Source: Candidatus Dojkabacteria bacterium (GTDB lineage Bacteria > Patescibacteriota > Dojkabacteria > SC72). Taken from it: 64,000 nucleotides of DNA. Shown here piece after piece: positions 10,078 to 19,363 of the stretch. The stretch covers positions 255,151-319,150 of the forward strand of contig JBMNHC010000001.1 of assembly GCA_050950165.1 (NCBI GenBank), given 5' to 3'. Each line of letters starts with the position of its first letter. Position 1 is the first letter of the stretch. The position numbers and the translations under genes were made by a program. The notes under the pieces were generated by a model. The model was not told the origin of the DNA. It saw nothing but the letters and a program-made list of their open reading frames with translations, and searched no databases.

Positions 10078-11829
10078 ATGGCTACAACAAGAAGCAGAAC
10101 TACAAAAAGAGCATTAAGAGTTCTCCTCATCATAGGAGGTATTCTCATTTTGGCATTAATTGGTGCTGTCGTTTACTTTTATGCAATAAAGGATTCTAAA
10201 CAACCAGATGATATCCCCACAGAGCTAACATGTGGATGTTACTTAATAGATCCTGCAATAGTAAATGATTGTGGAGATCCTAAAAAAGCCATTAGTTTTA
10301 CTACAAAGAGTGTACCTGCAGACCAAGCCTGTTCAGCACAGTGTGACAGTTCGATATTTACCCGATACACACCTAAAAGCTCTACTCCAGAAGCAAGCTA
10401 TAAATCGTGTACTGTTAGAAGTATTGCAGATGCAAGATGTAAAAATATGATAATACTTGATCAAGACGGGAAGCTTGTTACAGGTAAAGTAAATCCTACT
10501 GACAGTATCAAGGTAGAAGCAACTTTTGACAAAAGTGACTACATGAACTACTCCTTTACAGTTAACTCAGAGAACCAAGAACCTGATGAAACAGAGGGTG
10601 CTACAATTACTAAAACCATCTCTGACCTTTCAACTTTTGATTCAATAGATATAGCTGCTAGTGCAACAGATAAACAAGGTAATACCATTAACTCTATCAT
10701 CTGTAGAAGAGTAGTAGAGATTGAAAAAGAAGGAGGAGTAGGTGCAAATGCAATAAGTGCAACTACAGAGAAACAAAGCGACGGTAGTACAAGAATTAGT
10801 AAGATAATAATATCAATAGGACAGCTAACTAGTGAGAACGTTAAGATTACCTTCTCTTTTGGTAATAAATATCCCACCTTGGTTATGAAAGATGGCTTAA
10901 ATATAGAAGCTGCTAAAGGAACAATAACAATATCTAAAGCTAATCTCTACGACCCATCTAACTTTGTATCACCAGAATCATTTGCCGTTTTAGATACACA
11001 CACAGGAGAGCTAACCATTACTGCTGAAGTACATGTAGATAACTCTAGTGTAGGGAAAGTCTCTACAGATCTTTCATTTGTAAAATTTGAAACACCCACA
11101 CTAGAACAGCCTGCCGAAGAACCTGAAGAAGAGAAATCAAACTTCTCTGTATCAAAAACTTCTACTCCACAATGTGTAGAAAGAGTTGCAGAGAAAAACA
11201 CAGCAACATTTACAATCACAATTAAAAATGCAGCCGCCACAGATGAAGAGATTACATACATTAAAGACAAACTACCTCTTGGATTCCAATATGTTGCTAA
11301 TAGTTCAACAATAAATGGACAACCTGTAAAAGATAGCGATATTGTTAAGGTAACAACGGTAGGTTCTACACAAGAGATAGTATGGCAACAACAAACACCA
11401 TGGAAGATAGCAACAACAGGACAACTAGTACTCATATTTAAAGCTCTTGCAGGAGCAGAAGCCATAACTGGAGAGAATATGAATGAAGTGATAGTAAATC
11501 CTGTTAAAATCCCAACTGACCCTGCCACCCTAAGATCAGAAGCAGTAATTACAGTAGCTCAAGACTGTACAAACATCACTCCCACTACTAAACCTACTAC
11601 TCCAGCTACTGGTATCTTTGACCACTTCATAACAAGAATAATTGTTGGAATAGTGCTCTTCATTACTGCATGGCTAGTATACACAAGACCAGAAGGATCT
11701 AAACTTTCAGAGATGATACTTAACTCAGAGGTATACAAGGATGTACAACTAACAAAATATCGATTAACCAATCCTAAGAAATATTTTGAGGAGAAAATAA
11801 TTAGAGAGCAGAAATCGAAAACGAGATAG
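10078..11829 (+). CDS. Cysteine-rich surface protein with an N-terminal TM anchor, a DUF11-like repeat domain and a C-terminal TM with a charged tail
   Basis: The N-terminal TM is VLLIIGGILILALIGAVVYFY. Cys-rich segments are present. A DUF11-like block reads SVSKTSTPQCVERVAEKNTATFTITIKNAAATDEEITYIKDKLPLGFQYV. The C-terminal TM is ITRIIVGIVLFITAWLV. Confidence 0.6.
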   Translation: MATTRSRTTKRALRVLLIIGGILILALIGAVVYFYAIKDSKQPDDIPTELTCGCYLIDPAIVNDCGDPKKAISFTTKSVPADQACSAQCDSSIFTRYTPKSSTPEASYKSCTVRSIADARCKNMIILDQDGKLVTGKVNPTDSIKVEATFDKSDYMNYSFTVNSENQEPDETEGATITKTISDLSTFDSIDIAASATDKQGNTINSIICRRVVEIEKEGGVGANAISATTEKQSDGSTRISKIIISIGQLTSENVKITFSFGNKYPTLVMKDGLNIEAAKGTITISKANLYDPSNFVSPESFAVLDTHTGELTITAEVHVDNSSVGKVSTDLSFVKFETPTLEQPAEEPEEEKSNFSVSKTSTPQCVERVAEKNTATFTITIKNAAATDEEITYIKDKLPLGFQYVANSSTINGQPVKDSDIVKVTTVGSTQEIVWQQQTPWKIATTGQLVLIFKALAGAEAITGENMNEVIVNPVKIPTDPATLRSEAVITVAQDCTNITPTTKPTTPATGIFDHFITRIIVGIVLFITAWLVYTRPEGSKLSEMILNSEVYKDVQLTKYRLTNPKKYFEEKIIREQKSKTR

Positions 11830-12199
11830 GTAATCCCTCTTTACCATAGCTAACACCATCCGATATTATCGAAAAGAAATATGTCTTTGTAGATACTAAA
11901 GAATTTACTACAACTGTATGCTTTGTATCCTTAATCTCATTCTCTAAATCTATACCCACAAGACGAAGATCCTTCATCTCACTACCATATATCACATATC
12001 CTGAACATCTCTGTTTACTCTTCCAAGAGATAACAACAGAATTCTCTCCTTCCCCTTTTCTTACCTCAACATTGTATGGATCACACCCACCAACAAAAGG
12101 AGATGAATTTGAACCAGAAGCTTTAAAAACAAATATGAGTATAACCCCAATAATTATGAAAGATGCCAAAGATATTGTAAATATTACCCTACTCTTCAT
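11801..12199 (-). CDS. Small membrane-anchored protein with a fibronectin type III-like (purple acid phosphatase N-terminal-like) domain
   Basis: An N-terminal TM is followed by PYNVEVRKGEGENSVVISWKS...SGYVIYG...HTVVVNSLVSTKTYFFSI, an FN3-like pattern. Its 3' end overlaps the 10078 gene by 29 nt (convergent). Confidence 0.5.
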   Translation of the reverse strand: MKSRVIFTISLASFIIIGVILIFVFKASGSNSSPFVGGCDPYNVEVRKGEGENSVVISWKSKQRCSGYVIYGSEMKDLRLVGIDLENEIKDTKHTVVVNSLVSTKTYFFSIISDGVSYGKEGLPISFSISAL

Positions 12200-12623
12200 T
12201 CTCTTCTACGATAATATAATCTACAACCTCAGAACTACTACTACCATCCTCTACTCTTAAAACCACCTTCTGTACCCCTAAATCTTCTAAAGAAGGAGTA
12301 CCCCTAACTATCCTCTGCTCATCTATCCACATCCAATCAGGAGCCTCAACAAGTGTTAAATAAACATCACTAAAATTACTGCTATCAATCTTCGGTACAA
12401 AAAGATACTCCACATTAGCATACGCTACATTAGGCATAAGATTAGTAATACGTACAGACCTCTCCACTATATATCTCTCAGTACTAATACCCTTAACATC
12501 TTCTTTTCTAAGAAGGTAAACTGCAGAAACAATACACGCTGCAATAATTAAAACGAATATAACTATCGCCACTATCTTCCTCGTTCTCCATCTATTCATA
12601 TAAAATAGTGTATCAATTAACAT
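12189..12623 (-). CDS. Small membrane-anchored hypothetical protein (putative Ig-like extracellular domain)
   Basis: It has an N-terminal TM (IVAIVIFVLIIAACIVSAVYLL) and a C-terminal acidic tail. There is no recognisable catalytic motif. Confidence 0.5.
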   Translation of the reverse strand: MLIDTLFYMNRWRTRKIVAIVIFVLIIAACIVSAVYLLRKEDVKGISTERYIVERSVRITNLMPNVAYANVEYLFVPKIDSSNFSDVYLTLVEAPDWMWIDEQRIVRGTPSLEDLGVQKVVLRVEDGSSSSEVVDYIIVEENEE

Positions 12624-12628
12624 TTCTG

Positions 12629-12657
12629 TTTACAAACAAACTCTTAACAGATATAAT
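12629..12657 (+). promoter_or_regulatory. Sigma70-like promoter candidate for rpsT
   Basis: TTTACA-N17-TATAAT, located about 40 nt upstream of the rpsT ATG. Confidence 0.45.
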
Positions 12658-12695
12658 ACATCGCAATATTGAATCAATTTATATATCACTTCATA

Positions 12696-12992
12696 ATGCC
12701 AAATTTAAAAGCATCAATAAAAGATTTAAGACAAACAAAAAGAAGAACACTGTATAACGATAGATTAAGAAAAAGAGTTAAGAAATCTATCAAAAATTTT
12801 CAAGAACTGGTAAAATCAGAGAAGAGAGATGCTGCCTCAAAATCACTTAAACAGACATACAAGGTTCTTGACAAAGCAGCTAAGAAGAATATTATAAGTA
12901 AAGGCAACGCAAGTAGGAGAAAATCCAGACTTGCCTCTCAACTTAACAAACTGTCCATAGATAATGTCAAAACTAATCAAAAGAGCACTTAA
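12696..12992 (+). CDS. rpsT: 30S ribosomal protein S20
   Basis: MPNLKASIKDLRQTKRRTLYNDRLRKRVKKSIKNF is a typical S20 N-terminus. The ORF-track start at 12669 is a TTG extension; the first ATG is at 12696. Confidence 0.8.
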   Translation: MPNLKASIKDLRQTKRRTLYNDRLRKRVKKSIKNFQELVKSEKRDAASKSLKQTYKVLDKAAKKNIISKGNASRRKSRLASQLNKLSIDNVKTNQKST

Positions 12993-13512
12993 AACTTCCA
13001 TAATTCCTGCAATATTAATGATTGCAGGTAAAGTGTTTGGTATTTTCTTCATTAGTGCCCTCTATACCCTCTCCTTTGAAATAGGGAATGATATTAAAGG
13101 ACCTTTCTCTACTCAGATATACTTTGAGGATCCTCAAACTACACTCTTTGTAAACTCTTTTTCAGATCTCTCAATGATTCTCTTTTTAGCCATTCCTACA
13201 ATCTACTTCATATCTAAAACTGCAATATTTCAAAGTACAATGAATAATCCCAAAACCATTGTTAAAGTAGCTAAATTAAACATACTACAATGGATAACTA
13301 AAGATGATACAACCTTTCTTAAAATATTCATCTGGAATGCATTTCTCTGGATTAGTTGTGCAATAGTGATTGTAAATACATTCCAAAACAGCACTTACAC
13401 ATGGGTAGGAATAGTTGCAGGATCAATAGCATTCATATGTGGATACGGTGCTCTCAAAACATTTGAACTTGAAGTAGATAAGGTATATCCTGATAAGAGG
13501 AGATACTTTTAA
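12964..13512 (+). CDS. Hypothetical polytopic membrane protein
   Basis: There are four predicted hydrophobic helices. The start is uncertain: 12964 overlaps rpsT by 29 nt, and an alternative ATG lies at 13018. Confidence 0.45.
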   Translation: MSKLIKRALKTSIIPAILMIAGKVFGIFFISALYTLSFEIGNDIKGPFSTQIYFEDPQTTLFVNSFSDLSMILFLAIPTIYFISKTAIFQSTMNNPKTIVKVAKLNILQWITKDDTTFLKIFIWNAFLWISCAIVIVNTFQNSTYTWVGIVAGSIAFICGYGALKTFELEVDKVYPDKRRYF

Positions 13513-13514
13513 AT

Positions 13515-14066
13515 ATGGGAAAGAAAGAAATTAAGAAAACATTAGCATTAGTAGTAGAACCTTTAGCATTAGGTCTTGTTGCTCTCCTTTTCATAATCCC
13601 TGCAATAACTGTAGTTAATCTACAACCAATAACTAAGAAACTAAAAGAGTTAAATGTTTTGGGTGTCACAAATACAGAAGGACTTAAAGTAAATATTGTA
13701 GGTGGTACACACCAGATATTTTTCAATGAAATGATTGAAGCCGATGATGGAATATATCTGTATAAAACTAAGTTGGTAAAGAGAAATGCAGATAGTTACT
13801 CAAAACCAATATTAGAGATTGTAAATACTAAAGGAGAGAATATTAACCTACAGATATATGGAGGAACTCTAATTCCTACAAAATCAGAGATAGGGGTAAT
13901 AATTAAAGACCAAAAGTACAGATTACAAGGTACTGAGGGGAATATAGAGACTCAGAATATCTCAATACCTGCAAAAGAAAAATATATTGTATATCTCTAC
14001 GTTGAGAATTTTTCAGATATTCAATTTGAAGAAGATTTTGAATTAACAATAAAAGAGATACAATAA
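13515..14066 (+). CDS. Hypothetical membrane-anchored protein
   Basis: It has an N-terminal TM (LALVVEPLALGLVALLFIIPAI) and a beta-rich remainder. It is tightly coupled to the previous ORF (2-nt gap). Confidence 0.5.
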   Translation: MGKKEIKKTLALVVEPLALGLVALLFIIPAITVVNLQPITKKLKELNVLGVTNTEGLKVNIVGGTHQIFFNEMIEADDGIYLYKTKLVKRNADSYSKPILEIVNTKGENINLQIYGGTLIPTKSEIGVIIKDQKYRLQGTEGNIETQNISIPAKEKYIVYLYVENFSDIQFEEDFELTIKEIQ

Positions 14067-14150
14067 CTTAGCTATACTCATAACCAAAAGTATATATACT
14101 ACTCTCTTTTCTTTTAATAAAGCAACATTCTAGATATAATACTCAGATAT

Positions 14151-15974
14151 ATGAGTAATAGTAAGTTAAACAAAATAAGGAATTTTTCAATAATCGCACA
14201 TATAGATCATGGCAAATCTACTCTTGCTGATAGAATGTTAGAAACAGCACATATAGATATCTCTCGTGATAAGAGAGACTCTAGAGTCTTAGACAGACTA
14301 GATCTAGAACAAGAGAAAGGGATTACAATTAAACTACAAGCATGCAAAATGATATGGAAAGAGTACGAACTTAATCTCATAGATACACCAGGACATGTAG
14401 ACTTCTCATACGAAGTTTCAAGGTCATTAGCTGCATGTGAAGCTGCAATACTTCTTGTAGATGCATCACAAGGAGTACAAGCACAAACAATATCTAACAC
14501 ACAGAAAGCTTTAGAATTAGGATTAACACTAATACCTGTGATTAATAAGATAGATTTACCAAACATAGATATTAAAAAAAGTGAACTAGAATTAGAACAA
14601 CTCTTAGGATTTAAAAAAGAAGACATTGTTAAAGTCTCAGCCAAAACAGGAGAAGGCGTCGAAACTCTCTTAGATAAGATAGTAGAGCTATGCCCTCCAC
14701 CACAAGGAGATAAAGAAGCTCCACTTAAAGCCTTAATCTTTGATTCTTTCTACGATGAGCATAGAGGAGTAGTAGTAGCTGTTAGAGTCTTTGATGGACA
14801 GATACGATACATACCAGGCAAACCTTCCGACCTTTACATCTTACAAAAAGGAGAAGTTTTCAAACCCACAGAGGTAGGAGTCTTTTCGCCAGATTTAAAA
14901 GAAACAGAATTTTTAGATACAGGAGAAGTAGGATATATAGCTACGGGATTTAAAGATATTAGTTTCTTTACAGTAGGAGATACAATATCTGATAGTTCTA
15001 AAACAGAACCATTAGAAGGATACAGAACACCAAAACCGAATGTATTTGCAACATTCTTTCCTGTCACACCAGACGATTATGAACCTCTTAAAATAGGACT
15101 TAATAAATTAAGTATGAATGATGCAGCTCTAACCTTTACTGACCAAAAATCAAATATGCTAGGCTCTGGTTTTAGATGTGGATTCTTAGGATTACTACAT
15201 ATGGAAATAGTTCAGGAAAGATTAGAGAGAGAATACGATGTAGACCTAATCATAACAGCACCAACAGTAGAATATGAGGTAATAAAAACTACTGGAGAAA
15301 AGATTAAAATACAAACACCTCAAGAACTACCTGATCCAGCAGAGATAGAGGAAGTCTTAGAACCATGGGTTAGAGTTAAAATAATGACACCAGACAGATA
15401 TATAGGACCTCTAATGGAACTTTGCCAATACAAAAGAGGTGACTATGTAAACACTCACTACCTAACAGCTAATAAAGGAGATATACAACTAAAAGATCAA
15501 TATATAGAACTTGAATATGATATGCCTCTTGCCTCTCTTGTTTCTAATTTCTTTGATCAGCTTAAAAACAAATCTAGTGGATATGCTTCTATGGAGTATG
15601 AGTTTATAGATTTCTTTCCTGTTAATCTTGTTAAAGTATCCATCTTAATTAACCACGAAGACATTCCTGCATTAAGTTTCCTAGAAACAGAGGATCATGC
15701 TCGTACTAGGGCTGCGAAGATGTTAGAAATTATGAAAGAAGAGATACCAAGACAACAGTTCCCTGTCCCACTACAAGCTTCAATAGGGGCAAAGATAATA
15801 GCTAGGGAAGATGTAAAAGCATTTAGAAAAGATGTAACAGCAAAACTCTACGGAGGAGACTATACAAGAAGATTAAAATTACTAGAGAAACAGAAGAAAG
15901 GGAAAAAAAGACTAAAAACAATTGGACAAGTAAATGTCCCACAAGAAGCATTTCTAAGTATATTAAAGACATAG
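14151..15974 (+). CDS. lepA: Translation elongation factor 4 (LepA)
   Basis: The G1 motif is NFSIIAHIDHGKSTLADR; DTPGH is also present. Together with the 607-aa length, this fits LepA. Confidence 0.95.
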   Translation: MSNSKLNKIRNFSIIAHIDHGKSTLADRMLETAHIDISRDKRDSRVLDRLDLEQEKGITIKLQACKMIWKEYELNLIDTPGHVDFSYEVSRSLAACEAAILLVDASQGVQAQTISNTQKALELGLTLIPVINKIDLPNIDIKKSELELEQLLGFKKEDIVKVSAKTGEGVETLLDKIVELCPPPQGDKEAPLKALIFDSFYDEHRGVVVAVRVFDGQIRYIPGKPSDLYILQKGEVFKPTEVGVFSPDLKETEFLDTGEVGYIATGFKDISFFTVGDTISDSSKTEPLEGYRTPKPNVFATFFPVTPDDYEPLKIGLNKLSMNDAALTFTDQKSNMLGSGFRCGFLGLLHMEIVQERLEREYDVDLIITAPTVEYEVIKTTGEKIKIQTPQELPDPAEIEEVLEPWVRVKIMTPDRYIGPLMELCQYKRGDYVNTHYLTANKGDIQLKDQYIELEYDMPLASLVSNFFDQLKNKSSGYASMEYEFIDFFPVNLVKVSILINHEDIPALSFLETEDHARTRAAKMLEIMKEEIPRQQFPVPLQASIGAKIIAREDVKAFRKDVTAKLYGGDYTRRLKLLEKQKKGKKRLKTIGQVNVPQEAFLSILKT

Positions 15975-15983
15975 CAGATTCTA

Positions 15984-17297
15984 TTAAGACTTTGCTACTC
16001 TCTCTCGCTGATATCGTTTGTACTCTCTCTCATCTAATAAATATCTAGCTCTAGTAGCTCTAGAAGTCCAGCTTTCAATATAAATATAAAATTCTGGTAT
16101 TAATTCTTTCACACTCATATTTTTATGCTCGAGGGCAAAACGACAAAAATCTGATTGAAATATAGGAGCAAAGCGGAGAGCATCAGGCCAAACTTTAAAA
16201 ACAGAGAGAAATGTCAAAGGATTATTCCTATCTTCCTCTGGTAAATATTGAAAATTTGAAGGATCTATACTTAAAAGTTTCCTGCATACACCTTGTAGGT
16301 ATTCTTTATCTGCAACCATTGTACCAAATATATCCAATATCTGAGTTCGTCCTTTTTTAACAGCATTCTCAACTACTTTGTCTACTATGTCGGGGCGTAA
16401 ACGTATAACATCCTCATGAACAGCAATTAAAGTAGAAAGCCCCTCTTCTGCGGCTCTCGCTACAGTCTTAGCATCTTCTACTTTTCCTAAATACAATCTA
16501 TGCTCCGAAAAATAAAGTCTAAGCTCATCATCTATCCCAGGTATATCCATCAAAAACTGGCTAAGTATCTCCCTGTGAGCTTTAGGATCTTTGGACTTTA
16601 CAAAATCTTTGAAAACCTTCTTAAAAAAATCTAAAGCAAAATCTGTATCCTCTTTATACAATGCACACAGATTCTCTTCAGTCCTATTATCTTCATATCT
16701 GGAAGTATCAATGAAACATTCAAAGCATTTAGCATAGCTACTAAAGATATCCTTAGAAACAGATAGAACTTCTTTATCTATTTTCTCTGGATGAATATAG
16801 AAGAAAAGTTCTTCTGCTAAATTCTCTTCTTTAAAAATACTCACTACTTTTAGAAAAAATTCTTTATCCGAAAGAATACTCGGATCTACATAATCTAGAA
16901 GAGGTATCCTTACATAACTGAAATGATAGTTAAAGTTATAACCAGATTTCTTAAATAAATGATCCATTCCTTTTTTTATAGTACGAACATATTTAAGTAC
17001 AAAATCTTTATCTTCCAGCAACTTTGAGTCTTTAAGATCGAAAGATGATAAACAGCCCTCTTCATCTACTGTAATAACTTGACAGTGTACAGCTTCAATT
17101 ACAACATCTGGATCATCTTTGAATTGTACAACATCTAGACCTTCATATTTAGGTATCCAATTACCAGACTCCTTAGCCTTCTCAACCTGGGCTGAATATT
17201 CATTCAAATCTTTTAATACTTGCTTTTTAGCAATATCGTACTCTAATGTACCTTGAAACAACTCCTGAGTAGAATTAGATTCCTGTTCTATACTCAT
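15984..17297 (-). CDS. Hypothetical cytoplasmic protein with DUF4116-like internal repeats
   Basis: The pattern D-K-E/D-F-V/F-L-K-x-V recurs (DKDFVLKYV, DKEFFLKVV, DKEVLSVSKDI, DKEYLQGVCRKLLSIDPSNFQYLPEEDR). There is no TM and no catalytic motif. Confidence 0.5.
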   Translation of the reverse strand: MSIEQESNSTQELFQGTLEYDIAKKQVLKDLNEYSAQVEKAKESGNWIPKYEGLDVVQFKDDPDVVIEAVHCQVITVDEEGCLSSFDLKDSKLLEDKDFVLKYVRTIKKGMDHLFKKSGYNFNYHFSYVRIPLLDYVDPSILSDKEFFLKVVSIFKEENLAEELFFYIHPEKIDKEVLSVSKDIFSSYAKCFECFIDTSRYEDNRTEENLCALYKEDTDFALDFFKKVFKDFVKSKDPKAHREILSQFLMDIPGIDDELRLYFSEHRLYLGKVEDAKTVARAAEEGLSTLIAVHEDVIRLRPDIVDKVVENAVKKGRTQILDIFGTMVADKEYLQGVCRKLLSIDPSNFQYLPEEDRNNPLTFLSVFKVWPDALRFAPIFQSDFCRFALEHKNMSVKELIPEFYIYIESWTSRATRARYLLDEREYKRYQRERVAKS

Positions 17298-17396
17298 TTC
17301 AGTATAAATATAAAATTTATTCTTGGGGAGTTTCGCAATTATACACCAATATTTTTCTCTCTACAAATACATTTTTATCATATATAATCAATACTA

Positions 17397-18473
17397 ATGA
17401 TTAACCATATCAAGCTAGTAAACTTCAGAAAATTTAAAAACCTAGAGATAGATATTAATAAAAAAATTGTGGTATTACACGGAAGTAATGCACAAGGAAA
17501 AAGTACAATTCTAGAATCCATATACCTTATCAACAATGGTAAATCCCCATGGGCATCAACAGATGAATATATTAATACTGACCAAAGTAAAGAAGTACAT
17601 ACCAGAATAGAAATAGAAAGAGATGGAAGAAACTATACATACTTCAAAGACAAACAACAAAGAATATTTAAAATAGATGGGAAGAGAGTAAGAAGTAAAA
17701 CATTCTTAGCAAATACCTCTGCTACAATATTTAATCCTGAAAAAATAGAACTCTTAATGATATCACCATCCCAAAGAAGAAACTTTTTAGATGAAGTAAT
17801 AGAGAAGTATAACTATGAATATGAATACACTCTTAAAGAATTTAAACAAGTTTTAAGACAGAGAAATGCATATTTAAAAAAATTAGCAAAACTCTTCTAT
17901 GAACAAGGCATCGTTGCTATCAATGACCCTCAACTTAATTTCTGGAGTAAACAGTTCGTAGAAAAATCTCTAGATATATTACAAGAGAGAATTAATCTAA
18001 CTAAAGAACTTTCTAAAAACGGATATGATCTTAAGTATAGAACAGGATTCTCTATCGACAAGAGAAAAATATCTAACAGAGAATATCTAAAAGAGAAACT
18101 AATTGAAGATTTAGAGAATAGTAAAAGGAAGGATATTGCAACAGGATACTCAAATATAGGGCCTCACAGAGATGACTGGGAGATATTTTTAGAAAGAGAT
18201 ATTAAAAAATTTGGATCAAGAGGAGAAAAAAGATTAGCTATAGGAGCGTTAATATTTCGATCTCAGGAGGTAATATATAACAAGACAGGCTACTACCCTA
18301 TTCTCCTTCTAGATGATATAGCCTCCGAGTTAGACACACCCAATACAAAGAAGATATTTAACAAACGGCTAATAGATAAACAACAAACCTTTATCACAGT
18401 TATTGATTATAAAACTCTACCAAAAAATATTCTAAAAGAGTGCCAACTTATACACCTAAATGGAAAGAATTAA
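17397..18473 (+). CDS. recF: DNA replication and repair protein RecF
   Basis: IKLVNFRKFKNLEIDINKKIVVLHGSNAQGKSTILESIYL is the RecF N-terminal Walker A context. An SMC-like signature follows later (RGEKRLAIGALIF...LLLDDIASELD). Confidence 0.85.
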   Translation: MINHIKLVNFRKFKNLEIDINKKIVVLHGSNAQGKSTILESIYLINNGKSPWASTDEYINTDQSKEVHTRIEIERDGRNYTYFKDKQQRIFKIDGKRVRSKTFLANTSATIFNPEKIELLMISPSQRRNFLDEVIEKYNYEYEYTLKEFKQVLRQRNAYLKKLAKLFYEQGIVAINDPQLNFWSKQFVEKSLDILQERINLTKELSKNGYDLKYRTGFSIDKRKISNREYLKEKLIEDLENSKRKDIATGYSNIGPHRDDWEIFLERDIKKFGSRGEKRLAIGALIFRSQEVIYNKTGYYPILLLDDIASELDTPNTKKIFNKRLIDKQQTFITVIDYKTLPKNILKECQLIHLNGKN

Positions 18474-18481
18474 TATCTCTT

Positions 18482-19279
18482 TCATTTATAAAACCCTTTC
18501 AATATTCTCTCTTTATAATCCGATGGAAAAAACTGTATTCTACCCTCTGAGTAGTTAGTTTGTATTCTCTTAATCTCTGGTTTGTGATTAGAGATAAGCA
18601 TAAATAAAACTTGTAACAGATATGCCAAGTAATTAAGTATAACTATAAAGATATTAACTCCTCTATACACTCTCCTCTTACTATTAAACAACCTTTTATC
18701 TACAAGATACTCTGTTTCTAACCATCTGTTCTCACTAAAAATGGAAGAAAGATATCCCTTTTGATAAATAGGAATCATATACAATAGCTCATGAAGATTA
18801 AAAATATCTCTCTCTAAACTCAATCCTCTCTCCTCAACAATATAGTTTGTACAAAACAGATTCTTTACATTTTCGCCATCTCTTTTTACTCTAATAACAT
18901 GCTTAAAGAGATTTCTTAGTCTAATAACTCCTCTATATATCCATGCACTACCATTTCTAACAACAATAAAGAGATCAATATCATCTTCCTCTTTAGCAAA
19001 ACCTGCTGCTACAGAACCAGAAACACCTATAAACTTAACCCAGTCTGAAACTAACAGAATATTCATATTGCTCTTAGCTATCCTAATCTTACTTAATATA
19101 ACTCTCTCCTGCTTAAGATTTATCTTTTTCCCTAAAAGATTAAATATGCCTTTCGGAAGTTGCGAAACTCTCTCCTTTCCCCATATATACCGAGCTTTTT
19201 TAAGGGTCAGTTTAACCCCCATATTAGACCTAAATTTAATAAATTCTTTAATAATCCTATCTATCTTTTTTCTATACAT
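18482..19279 (-). CDS. Polymerase-beta superfamily nucleotidyltransferase-fold protein with a C-terminal hydrophobic helix
   Basis: The NTase signature is GVSGSVAAGFAKEEDDIDLFIVV (GS-x9-DxD). A hydrophobic segment lies near the C-terminus (VNIFIVILNYLAYLLQVLFMLI). Confidence 0.6.
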   Translation of the reverse strand: MYRKKIDRIIKEFIKFRSNMGVKLTLKKARYIWGKERVSQLPKGIFNLLGKKINLKQERVILSKIRIAKSNMNILLVSDWVKFIGVSGSVAAGFAKEEDDIDLFIVVRNGSAWIYRGVIRLRNLFKHVIRVKRDGENVKNLFCTNYIVEERGLSLERDIFNLHELLYMIPIYQKGYLSSIFSENRWLETEYLVDKRLFNSKRRVYRGVNIFIVILNYLAYLLQVLFMLISNHKPEIKRIQTNYSEGRIQFFPSDYKERILKGFYK

Positions 19280-19363
19280 TACAGGATATGATAGCAGTTG
19301 CTATACTTTTTAAGAAGTATTCACTCCACTAATACAGATAATTCTGGTAAACTATTCTTGATA

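Noticed and set aside
10265-10450. 61-aa same-strand ORF inside the DUF11-like surface protein gene
   Set aside because: It lies in an alternative frame of a longer, well-supported ORF and has no independent signal.
11560-11640. Possible sortase sorting signal TPATG before the C-terminal TM of the 10078 protein
   Set aside because: It is not a canonical LPXTG or LAXTG. The TM is followed by a 60-aa tail instead of a short K/R anchor. Only this one protein shows it.
12669-12695. ORF-track N-terminal extensions that begin at TTG codons (rpsT 12669, PrgI-like 19298, TPR protein 37644). The rplY (41017) and XRE-regulator (29675) extensions were rejected for the same reasons.
   Set aside because: For the three I checked, the extension starts with TTG rather than ATG. 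Each adds non-conserved residues and either overlaps a promoter or terminator or precedes an in-frame ATG that begins the conserved protein sequence.
14067-14150. lepA upstream promoter (TATAAT at the -10 position)
   Set aside because: No convincing -35 element sits at 16-18 nt spacing (only TTTTAA or TTTAAT-like). I left it unannotated.
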